Origin: Nitrosarchaeum sp.
Lineage (GTDB): Archaea; Thermoproteota; Nitrososphaeria; Nitrososphaerales; Nitrosopumilaceae
DNA length: 64,000 bases
Direction of reading: 5' to 3'
NCBI GenBank assembly: GCA_965223865.1
Contig: OZ245020.1
Span: 896,001 to 960,000 of the forward strand
A program made the position numbers and the translations under genes. Positions 36,685-45,490 of this stretch are shown here, piece after piece (positions within the stretch are counted from its first letter, which is position 1; each line of letters begins with the position of its first letter). The notes beneath the pieces are model-generated. The model searched no databases, was not told the origin of the DNA, and worked only from the letters and a program-made list of their open reading frames with translations.

Positions 36685-37527
36685 GTGATAAACAAAAGAA
36701 TTTTTTTGTTAGTGTCTCTTTTAGTTTTATTTTCTGTAGGTTATAGTTCTGAAAACTATTCTGTATTTGCTCAGTATTCTGATTATACATTAGAAGAATC
36801 TTTAGAACAACAAAGAGAAAGAATTGATCAAGCAGAGTCAAGCCCTGTATTGATCAATGAGCATATGGGAATCATTGAAAGTTCTAGATATGAGTTTTCT
36901 TTTGAGGCTCCTACAAGCTGGAGATATCAAGAAGGTGTTTCTATTGATGGAGAAACAACTTATCAAGTCTTGATGTATCCTGTTGAGTTTAGTTTAGAAA
37001 ATATAGATCAAGAAGATGCGAATTTAGTTGATTTATCAACAGCATTTGTAGGATTGGGTTTTCAGATCGAATCTCCATTAATCGGGATTTCATTTGCAAA
37101 TATATCTACGTCTGAAGTTCCCAGATTAAATCCAAATGAACTAAAAGAATCTGTATTGGATACTATTAGAATTGGGACGCCTGCAGCTAAAATTCTTGAT
37201 TCTTATGTCAAAACTGAACCTTGGGGATGGGAAGTATCAGTAGTTTATGCATTTGATTTGAACTTGGGATATGGTTCAGGTTTGCCATATATAGCTCAAG
37301 AAAACACGTATTTCTTCAAAGATAGAGAAGCTTATACTATTTTTTACATGGCTCATGAAAATTACTATGATTATTACCGACCAGTATTTGATCATGCACT
37401 TGATACTCTGGTAATCAGAGGAGTTGTGGTTCCAGAGTTTCAAGAAGTAGCTTTAGTTGTTCTAGCTAGCTCAATAGTTATGGTAGTTGTATTTTCAAGG
37501 AAATTTAATTTCCAAGTTTTGAAATAA
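36685..37527 (+). CDS. Surface protein with PEF-CTERM-like sorting signal
   Basis: Signal peptide; C-terminal VVPEF + TM + SRK. Confidence 0.82.
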   Translation: MINKRIFLLVSLLVLFSVGYSSENYSVFAQYSDYTLEESLEQQRERIDQAESSPVLINEHMGIIESSRYEFSFEAPTSWRYQEGVSIDGETTYQVLMYPVEFSLENIDQEDANLVDLSTAFVGLGFQIESPLIGISFANISTSEVPRLNPNELKESVLDTIRIGTPAAKILDSYVKTEPWGWEVSVVYAFDLNLGYGSGLPYIAQENTYFFKDREAYTIFYMAHENYYDYYRPVFDHALDTLVIRGVVVPEFQEVALVVLASSIVMVVVFSRKFNFQVLK

Positions 37528-37596
37528 ACTTTCTTCCTAAACAATTCTCATTAGTAATTTCACATAATTCAAACTATTTGGTTTGAAACTTGTTAA

Positions 37597-38511
37597 TCAA
37601 GAGGAATCAGATAATGTGGCAAATATGTGTCCATTTGCATGATCTTTGTTTTCATAAAGTATGTCACGTTCTTTGACTGAAACCTGATACCCTGCATTTT
37701 TTAGAAGATTTATGATATAGTCTCGATTAGAATAACTATGATACTCAATCATCATATTCTGAATTATCTTTTTCTTTAATGTCTGGTGAGCTCCTTTTAG
37801 AGCCAATACTTCTGCTCCTTCAATATCTATCTTACAAAAAAGAACTATGTTTGCACTCTCATTTTTTATTAGAGTATCTATTGTGATTGTTTTTGTTTTC
37901 TCGTTTTTAATATGACTTTGAGGAATTCTCCAATCCCTTAACGTCTTTTTGTCAATTGTAGACATTGAATCATGTGTGTAAAAATTAATTTCATCATCAT
38001 CTTTGTCTGTTACTGCACGGTTGTACAGTACAACATTTGAAAATTTATTTAATTCACAATTTTGGTGAAGTATATCAAATATGCTTGGAGATGCTTCAAC
38101 TGATATTACTTTTGAATTTTGATATTTTTTAGCAAGTATACAAGTGTAGTGACCAACATTAGATCCTATATCTAAAATTAATCCTTCATTTTTGGGTTGT
38201 TTTAATGCAAATTCTTTCTCTTCTTTTTCCCAATCCAGTTTCACAAAAACCATATAATCTATTACAGTGGGAACTGATAACAAAATTTCATCGCGTTTTA
38301 TTATTACTTTTTTTGCTTGGATCCAATTGAGTAGATTTGGTTTATTTAGTACAATCTTTCCTGTGTTTTCTTTTCCTAGTATGATGTACAGTAGAGTTAG
38401 AATTATAATTCCATTTAGAATGTAACTTAAGAGAATTATCTTGTCTTTTATTGTATAACCAAATCTGTATCCTTTAATCCAATCTACAATCTCACTTCTA
38501 ATTGATTTCAA
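37597..38511 (-). CDS. FkbM-family methyltransferase
   Basis: LDIGSNVG, VEAS and KIDIEGAE motifs; N-terminal TM. Confidence 0.9.
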   Translation of the reverse strand: MKSIRSEIVDWIKGYRFGYTIKDKIILLSYILNGIIILTLLYIILGKENTGKIVLNKPNLLNWIQAKKVIIKRDEILLSVPTVIDYMVFVKLDWEKEEKEFALKQPKNEGLILDIGSNVGHYTCILAKKYQNSKVISVEASPSIFDILHQNCELNKFSNVVLYNRAVTDKDDDEINFYTHDSMSTIDKKTLRDWRIPQSHIKNEKTKTITIDTLIKNESANIVLFCKIDIEGAEVLALKGAHQTLKKKIIQNMMIEYHSYSNRDYIINLLKNAGYQVSVKERDILYENKDHANGHIFATLSDSS

Positions 38512-38563
38512 TCACTCTTCTATTCTTGATATCAATATCACTCTTGATAAAATTATTATAAAA

Positions 38564-39467
38564 TCAACATTTCATGATTTGTGTTCTTAAAAATTTGGCA
38601 GAGTTTTGTAATGAGTCGTATTCTGATTTTTCAAGGTCAATTTCCTGAATACTTGTTTTATCTTCTCTAATTACTAATGGCACTCCAATGCAAACATCTG
38701 ATATCCCATATTCACCTTTCAGTAAAACAGAAGCTGTTGTGGATAATTTTTTTCCTTTGATAATTGCATCAATCACATCAAATGCAATCTTTGATATTCC
38801 AAATACTGAAGATACCTCTTTCATATCAACAATTTTTGCCCAATATTGCTTCAAGTCATTTGTTATCTTTTCTTTCTGAATAGAATCTATTGATTTTAAA
38901 ATTGATTTTTGTCCCTGTTTTGCTCTTGAAAATATAGGTACCATTGTATCTCCATGTTCTCCTAAAACCAAAGAATCGTGAATATCTGATTGTTTGGTAC
39001 CAAGTTCTTTGGCAAGAATATAGCGTAGCCTGTTGGAATCAAGGCTTGAGCCCAATCCAATCACATTTTCTCTTGGTAATTTTGACTCTTTTTGTATAAA
39101 GTAGTGATGATATCAACAGGATTTGTTATGACTAGAATTTTAGCATCTTGGGCATATTTTTGAATATTCTTTACAAAATCTCTTGCAATCAACAAGTTAT
39201 TTTTTAGAAGATCCATCCTGCCTATTTTGATCTTGCCATTATTTGCTGCAATTACAATAACTTTGGAATCTTTAATTTTGGATATATCATCAGTGCCAAC
39301 TACAGAAAATGATGAATCTTCAGGAATTGCATTTGATATGTCTAATTCCTCTCCAACTGCTTTGTTTTTGTGATCATTGATTAAAATTACATCATCAATA
39401 TTATGAGATGCCACAAGAAAACCTATTGTTAGCCTACTCTGCCACTTCCTATTATAGAAATCGTCAA
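38564..39467 (-). pseudogene. Malate/lactate dehydrogenase-family gene with two single-base frameshifts
   Basis: TTG at 39467 gives MTISIIGSGRVG, then a shift near 39430. The second piece contains ITNPVD, then a shift near 39102 restores YFIQKESKLPRENVIGLGSSLDSNR...GEHGD. Confidence 0.85.
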
Positions 39468-39786
39468 ATCATCCCTCGAAAATATAATTAATTTTCAGCA
39501 AAATCAAGGAATATTAGTTTATAGGAAAATATACTAGAGCTTTATTAGAACTATTTCTAGATTTATCAAATTATCTCAAAATATCTCATTTAGTGCAAGA
39601 GAATCCTTGAAGAATAACTCTGACATATTCCAATCCTGAGAAATCAAAAACTTTACGATCAAGCATTTCTCATAATTACTATGAATCCCAAAAAGGGGAA
39701 ATTCTTGCCACTAATGCCAATTTAGATGAAAATTCTAGGCAATATCCCATTCTTTAAATTCCCACAGCAACAATTTTCTGTGGTTT

Positions 39787-40743
39787 ATGCTCGTTCAACA
39801 AACTTCCAAACTAAAAGAGGAGATTCTAAGACTAAAAAAAGAAAAAGATGTTGTTATTCTTGCTCATAACTATCAGATTCCTGATGTTCAGGATGTAGCT
39901 GACTTTACAGGTGACTCTTTGGGTTTGTCAAGACAAGCAGCAAAAGTTGATCAAAAAACAATTTTGTTTTGTGGTGTACATTTTATGGCAGAGACTGCAG
40001 CAATTATCAGCCCTCAAAAAAGAGTCTTAATTCCGGATTTAGAGGCAGGATGTTCATTATCTGATTCTATTACTGTTGATGAATTGAGAAATTGGAAGAA
40101 ACAACATCCTGGAGCAGTCGCAGTAGGTTATGTCAATACAACAGCCGAAATAAAGTCTGAGCTGGATTATTGTTGTACTTCTTCAAACGCAGTAAACGTA
40201 GTAAAGGCGATTCCTGAAAACAAAGAGATATTATTCTTACCTGATATGTTTTTGGGGTCTTATGTTGCAAAGATGACAGGAAGAAAAAATATGCACATTT
40301 GGGCTGGTGAATGTCATGTTCATGCTGGGATTACTCCAGAAGATGTTACAAAAAAATTAGATTCTCTGAAAGATGCTGAATTTGTAATTCATCCTGAATG
40401 TAGTTGTACAACACCTATGATGTATGATGTTGCCGATGGAAGTTATGATGATAGAAAAGTTTCAATTTTATCTACCGAAGGTATGTTAAATCATGTAAGT
40501 GACTCAAAGGCAAAGAACTTTGTTGTTGCTACCGAAACTGGAATATTGTATAGGATGAGACAACAAAATCCTGACAAAAATTTTATTCCAGCATCGGAGA
40601 AAGCAGAATGTCAATATATGAAGATGATTACACTTGAAAAAGTATATGATGCTTTAGTAAATGAAAAGAATATAGTTACTGTGCCAAAAGAAATTGCTGA
40701 CAAGGCTAGGTTGGCCATTGATAGAATGCTTACAATCAGTTAA
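39787..40743 (+). CDS. nadA: Quinolinate synthase
   Basis: LAHNYQ, GDSL, FCGVHFMAE, HPEC and CQYMK motifs. Confidence 0.96.
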   Translation: MLVQQTSKLKEEILRLKKEKDVVILAHNYQIPDVQDVADFTGDSLGLSRQAAKVDQKTILFCGVHFMAETAAIISPQKRVLIPDLEAGCSLSDSITVDELRNWKKQHPGAVAVGYVNTTAEIKSELDYCCTSSNAVNVVKAIPENKEILFLPDMFLGSYVAKMTGRKNMHIWAGECHVHAGITPEDVTKKLDSLKDAEFVIHPECSCTTPMMYDVADGSYDDRKVSILSTEGMLNHVSDSKAKNFVVATETGILYRMRQQNPDKNFIPASEKAECQYMKMITLEKVYDALVNEKNIVTVPKEIADKARLAIDRMLTIS

Positions 40744-40752
40744 ACTAATTTT

Positions 40753-41159
40753 GTGACTACTTTGATTGGTTTGTTTAATAGAGGATCAAAAGATCCTCAA
40801 AAGAAAAAAAATATTGAAAAACTCAAAGAAATACGAAATCTAGCCAAAGAAAAAAAATATGATCAGGCTCTCAAATCAGGCATGGAATACCTCCAAAAGG
40901 TTCCAGAAAGCCATGATATCTTGTTTATTGTCGGAAGCATTTACTATATGAAAAAAAGTACAAAACTGCTATTTCTTATTTTGAAAAGGCACTAAAAATT
41001 GGAGAATATGATATCGAAGTGTTAATTCTAAAAGCAAATGCTCACTATGTTCTAGGTGAACAAAAACGTGCAATCCAATGCTGTGATAAAGTAAAGGAAA
41101 TTGATCCAAAAAACAAAGGAGTTACAGAGTTATTAGAAAAGATAGAGTCATCAAACTAA
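40753..41159 (+). pseudogene. TPR-repeat protein frameshifted at an A7 run (or sequencing error)
   Basis: Adding one A at 40951-40957 joins ...GSIYYMKK to KYKTAISYFEKALKI...KANAHYVLGEQKRAIQCCDKVKEIDP, ending at TAA 41157-41159. Confidence 0.8.
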
Positions 41160-41977
41160 ATCTCTAGACTCATATCAATTCCCTTAACTGAATTTGTTAT
41201 GCTTCCAACTGAAATAATATCTACTCCGGTTTTTCCATATTTTGAAATATTTTTTGATGTTATTCCGCCAGATGCTTCAAGCATGACTTTGCCTCGTAAT
41301 TTTTGTTTTTTTAGAACCTGAATGGTTTTTTTAATTTGATTTGGCGTAAAATTATCGAGCATAATAATAGTTGCCCCTTCCTTTGCAGCTAAAACTGCAT
41401 CGTTAGTATTTTCTACTTCTACTTCGAACTTTTGATATCTCTTCTTTGCCTTTTTTATTAGAGATAAAAGAGACTCACTTACTGCAATATGATTATCTTT
41501 TATCATGACCATTTCATCTAGTCTCAATCTGTGCTTTTTTCCTCCTCCAATTTCAACTGCTTCTTTGTCAAATATTCGAAGTCCTGGTGCAGTCTTTCTT
41601 GTAGCATATAGTTTTGTTTTTTTATTTGGGATTTTCTTTACTAAATAGCTGGTCTGAGTTGCAATCCCACTCATTCTTGTTAGTAAATTTAATGCGGTTC
41701 TCTCACAAGTTAGAATTTTTCCAGCTTCTCCTATTATCTGCACTATTGTTTGATTTGGTTTTATAATACTTCCATCTTTTTTTATAATCTTCACACTGCA
41801 TCCTTTAATTTCAAAAATTTTTTTTGCATACTTTACACCTGCAATTATAGCATTTTCTCTTGAAATTATTCGAGCAGAAATTTTTCTCTTCGGCAAAAGA
41901 GAACTTGTAATATCCCCTTTCCCTATGTCTTCTGCTAAAAATTGTAACAAAATTTTTTTTGAATTATAAGAGGACAT
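41156..41977 (-). CDS. nadC: Nicotinate-nucleotide pyrophosphorylase (carboxylating)
   Basis: ATRKTAPG, MIKDNH, EVEVE, IMLDN and EASGGI motifs. Confidence 0.96.
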   Translation of the reverse strand: MSSYNSKKILLQFLAEDIGKGDITSSLLPKRKISARIISRENAIIAGVKYAKKIFEIKGCSVKIIKKDGSIIKPNQTIVQIIGEAGKILTCERTALNLLTRMSGIATQTSYLVKKIPNKKTKLYATRKTAPGLRIFDKEAVEIGGGKKHRLRLDEMVMIKDNHIAVSESLLSLIKKAKKRYQKFEVEVENTNDAVLAAKEGATIIMLDNFTPNQIKKTIQVLKKQKLRGKVMLEASGGITSKNISKYGKTGVDIISVGSITNSVKGIDMSLEI

Positions 41978-42017
41978 TTCGTTTCGCTTAAATGTAACTT
42001 TAAAGATTTAATTTTTC

Positions 42018-42206
42018 CTAGATTACTTTGATTGCATATTTGCCCTTTTGAGTAATTCCTAGAGTCTTTGAAATTTGAGAGTTTGTTGGATCAACTACTA
42101 AAACAATTCCACTCCAATCGGGTGTCAAGTCGGAGGATTTACAAACTGGACATACTTTTCCTGTAGTTACAAACTTGCATTTTCTACAAGCCATTTCTCG
42201 AGCCAT
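42018..42206 (-). CDS. spt4: Transcription elongation factor Spt4 (RpoE'')
   Basis: ACRKCK...CPVC...WSG...GKYAIKV. Confidence 0.93.
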   Translation of the reverse strand: MAREMACRKCKFVTTGKVCPVCKSSDLTPDWSGIVLVVDPTNSQISKTLGITQKGKYAIKVI

Positions 42207-42803
42207 CTAACTTGCCTCTACTTTTGCTTCTTTTCCTGAGTCATCTGATTCGCCACCAGCTTTTTTGATTTCTTCTGCAATCCATTCATCTGCACCAAGG
42301 AATGGTTGTCTACATGTAATTCCAATCTTTCCCATGGCAGCTGCTTTTCCTAATGATACTGCAGTAATTCTTGCACGTAGAGTTGAACTCACCTTTAGAG
42401 TTCTTCCGCTTTGATTAGCTAAAATCATTCCTGATTTTACATCGCTTTTTAGATAGTCATCCATGACTTGTGACAAATGAAGTAAAGCATCTGTTGGTCC
42501 AATTCTAACAAATGCACCAAAGTCTGTAATGTCTACAATTTCTCCTTGAACTATTTCTTGGAGCTTCGGATAAAATGTCAATGCTTCAAATTCGACTTTG
42601 TGAAATGTTCCACCATCTCCGGCAATCATTTTTCCCATCTCGTCTACTTTGGCATCTAAAATCATAATGATGTATCCCAAATCAGCATTAATCATACTCT
42701 CATACTTTTCTTTGAGGATATTTACTGCGGCCTTTTTGAGGGTGGTTCCAAATAAGCTTGGAGGAATCCTAACAACATCAACTAGGGTAGATATAGAAAA
42801 CAA
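42207..42803 (-). CDS. rpo7: RNA polymerase subunit Rpo7 (E')
   Basis: VRIPP, GDGG and S1 domain FGAFVRIGP...LLHLSQ; CRQPFLG. Confidence 0.95.
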   Translation of the reverse strand: MFSISTLVDVVRIPPSLFGTTLKKAAVNILKEKYESMINADLGYIIMILDAKVDEMGKMIAGDGGTFHKVEFEALTFYPKLQEIVQGEIVDITDFGAFVRIGPTDALLHLSQVMDDYLKSDVKSGMILANQSGRTLKVSSTLRARITAVSLGKAAAMGKIGITCRQPFLGADEWIAEEIKKAGGESDDSGKEAKVEAS

Positions 42804-42940
42804 CTGTGCTGTTTTTCTTAAATCTCAATTTATGAATCTTTGGGTAATTTACGCTTGCATTATCAGTAATAATTTCTCAAAAATTTACAAAATTCTTTAG
42901 ATACTTACCCCCTCTTTGAGGACAAACAATACTTTGATTA

Positions 42941-43135
42941 TTATGCTGCTATTTTTTTGACGTTTGTAGCATTGGGTCCTTTTTGGCCTTCTCCTACTTC
43001 AAATTCGACTTTATCTCCTTCGTTGAGAAATCCATCTACATTTGATTTGTGAACAAAAAGATCGTCACCAGATTCTCTTTCTATAAAGCCAAATCCTTTT
43101 GTGCGATTAAACCATTTTACAGTGCCTTGTTCCAT
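42941..43135 (-). CDS. Cold-shock domain protein (CspA-like)
   Basis: [10 protein letters not shown]1 KGFGFI, RNP2 [12 protein letters not shown]. Confidence 0.95.
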   Translation of the reverse strand: MEQGTVKWFNRTKGFGFIERESGDDLFVHKSNVDGFLNEGDKVEFEVGEGQKGPNATNVKKIAA

Positions 43136-43301
43136 TTGATTTGAGGTATATCCACCCGTATATTAACTAGGAAATAGAATTGATTTTGGTAAATCTTCTT
43201 CAAAAAATAAAATTTTGATGCAAAAAATCTCATCAAATTTTAGATAACTCGTGAAGTTTTGTCGCCTATGTTTAAATAATGTAAGAGGCCTTCGTGACCC
43301 A

Positions 43302-44414
43302 ATGGTTGGAATCGATCAAGTTCTAGAAAAACTTAGTACTGTTATTGATCCTGACTTGAAAAAAGACATTGTCTCTATGGGGATGATCAAAGACCTTGAA
43401 TTAAATGATGGCAACCTAAAATTTACTTTAGAACTTACAACTCCAGCATGTCCATTCAATGTCGAAATTGAAGATGATGTTAGAAAAGTAATCAGCGAAA
43501 TTGATGGCCTCAAAAATTTTGATATGAATGTAACTGCTAAAGTAATGGAAGGTCGTTCTCTTGATGCCGATACTGGAATGGCCACTGTCAAAAATATTAT
43601 TGGTGTTGCAAGCGGTAAGGGAGGAGTAGGAAAATCTACTGTCTCTCTGAATCTAGCTTTAGCATTATCTCAAACAGGAGCAAAAGTTGGTTTGCTTGAT
43701 GCCGATATCTATGGCCCAAGTATTCCTTTGATGCTTGGAATGAAAGATGGATACATGGAAGTTGAAGATAACAAATTACAACCTGCAGAATCTAATGGAC
43801 TTAAAGTCGTTTCATTTGGTTTCTTTGCTGAACAATCTCATCAGGCAGCAATCTATAGAGGTCCAATTATTTCTGGAATCTTAAAACAATTTTTAGTTGA
43901 TACAAACTGGTCTGACTTGGATTATCTTATTGTAGACTTACCCCCCGGAACTGGAGATATTCCGTTGACACTTGCACAAACAATTCCAATCACTGGAATT
44001 CTAGTAGTTACAACTCCACAAGATGTTGCAAGTAATGTTGCTGTCAAAGCAATTGGCATGTTTGAAAAACTAAACGTTCCAATTATAGGTGTGGTAGAAA
44101 ATATGAGCCATTTTATCTGTCCTAGTTGTAATGATAAACATTACATCTTTGGTGATGGTGGAGCAAAAAAGATCTCTGAACAATTCAATATCCCATTTTT
44201 AGGTGAAATTCCACTAAATTCTGGTATTATGTCTGGTTCTGATTTAGGTAAACCAATAATGATTTCAAGTCCTGATTCTCCAAGTGCAGAAGCGTTTAGA
44301 GTAAGTGCAAAAAATATTGCTGCTCAATGTAGTATTCTTGCTGCAAAATTACAACAAGAAATGGCTTCTGAAGAAAATACCGAATCTGCACCTGAAGCAA
44401 GCACCTCGAATTAA
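43302..44414 (+). CDS. Mrp/ApbC/NBP35 Fe-S carrier ATPase with N-terminal DUF59-like domain
   Basis: DP...LTTPACP, GKGGVGKST, DLPPGTGD and CPSC motifs; start placed at ATG 43302, after TTTAAATA. Confidence 0.93.
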   Translation: MVGIDQVLEKLSTVIDPDLKKDIVSMGMIKDLELNDGNLKFTLELTTPACPFNVEIEDDVRKVISEIDGLKNFDMNVTAKVMEGRSLDADTGMATVKNIIGVASGKGGVGKSTVSLNLALALSQTGAKVGLLDADIYGPSIPLMLGMKDGYMEVEDNKLQPAESNGLKVVSFGFFAEQSHQAAIYRGPIISGILKQFLVDTNWSDLDYLIVDLPPGTGDIPLTLAQTIPITGILVVTTPQDVASNVAVKAIGMFEKLNVPIIGVVENMSHFICPSCNDKHYIFGDGGAKKISEQFNIPFLGEIPLNSGIMSGSDLGKPIMISSPDSPSAEAFRVSAKNIAAQCSILAAKLQQEMASEENTESAPEASTSN

Positions 44415-44425
44415 TTCTGATTCTT

Positions 44426-44923
44426 GTGAAGTTACCTGATTCTCTCAGAGAACAACTGAAAATTCCCTTGGGTGATTTATTGCTAGAAAAAGATGTGACA
44501 AAACAAAATATCATACAATACCTTTCAAACAATTCATTTGTAATTACTGTTGGAGATAGAACCACTGAAAAAATGATTAACTTTGGTCTCACACCATCAG
44601 TACAAATTATTGACAACCAAGAAAAGAGAATAAAGCGAGATTCACCAAAGGACGAACATATCTCAATAGAATTAAAATGTAACAACCCTGCAGCAGAAAT
44701 TACTGAACAAAGTATTGATACTATCAAAAAGGCATTTTCATTAAAACCTCCTGTAAGAATTGTTGTACACGGAGAAGAAGATCTTTTAGTTATTCCAGTT
44801 TGTATTCATGCTCCTAAAGATTCTGTGGTGTTGTATGGGCAACCTGATGAAGGACTAGTTATAGTCCAAATAACTCCTGAAATAAGAATTAAAACACAAA
44901 GGTTACTTGATTCAATGGAATGA
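44426..44923 (+). CDS. GTP-dependent dephospho-CoA kinase family (DUF359)
   Basis: VGDRTT, NPAAEIT, GEEDLL and YGQPDEG motifs. Confidence 0.9.
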   Translation: MKLPDSLREQLKIPLGDLLLEKDVTKQNIIQYLSNNSFVITVGDRTTEKMINFGLTPSVQIIDNQEKRIKRDSPKDEHISIELKCNNPAAEITEQSIDTIKKAFSLKPPVRIVVHGEEDLLVIPVCIHAPKDSVVLYGQPDEGLVIVQITPEIRIKTQRLLDSME

Positions 44924-44924
44924 T

Positions 44925-44986
44925 TGGGGTATGATGAGACGGTGGCTGTATGACTCGTGATTACACTACTAAAAACTCTGACCCTA
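44925..44986 (+). ncRNA. C/D-box sRNA (2'-O-methylation guide)
   Basis: C box ATGATGA 44931-44937, D' ATGA 44950-44953, C' GTGATTA 44957-44963, D CTGA 44978-44981; guides of 12 and 14 nt; terminal TGGGG/CCCTA stem. Confidence 0.8.
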
Positions 44987-45076
44987 TTAATTCATAATTT
45001 TAAAGAATCAAAATAAACCAAATTTTATACAACAATTGACATTTTAAGATAAACACAAATTGATGCAAAGACAACT

Positions 45077-45454
45077 GTGAAACTTGATCTTGATCTTAGA
45101 TTGCAAATTCTAGAAAAAGTTGGCATATACTCTAATCGTTTCTCAATTTCTGAACCTCAAATTCTCTTAACAACCAAGGAAGTTCTAGATGCTCCAAAAG
45201 AAATGACTGAAGGTAGACGTACATCTGCCTACAAGTATTATGGGGTCTCTTATCTTCAACATGATCTTGTCTTCATTAATGTTAGAAAAATCCCTGATGA
45301 AAAGACTCTTGAAAACACAATAGTACATGAATTAATCCATCTGAGATTTCCCTATCTTGCTCACGGAAAGAGATTCAACAAACTTGTTCGTCAGGGTCTT
45401 CGCGGGAAAACATTTTTGCCATATAGAAAAAGAAGTAAAATTTCTGCTATTTGA
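45077..45454 (+). CDS. Small HExxH metallopeptidase-like protein
   Basis: TIVHELIHL...HGKRF zincin-type motif. Confidence 0.78.
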   Translation: MKLDLDLRLQILEKVGIYSNRFSISEPQILLTTKEVLDAPKEMTEGRRTSAYKYYGVSYLQHDLVFINVRKIPDEKTLENTIVHELIHLRFPYLAHGKRFNKLVRQGLRGKTFLPYRKRSKISAI

Positions 45455-45490
45455 TTTATATTTCCAAGAATAAGGCAAGCTGAGTATAAC

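Noticed and set aside
42941-43135. Bacterial-type cold-shock protein as a novel horizontal transfer
   Set aside because: Csp genes are already known in marine Thaumarchaeota.
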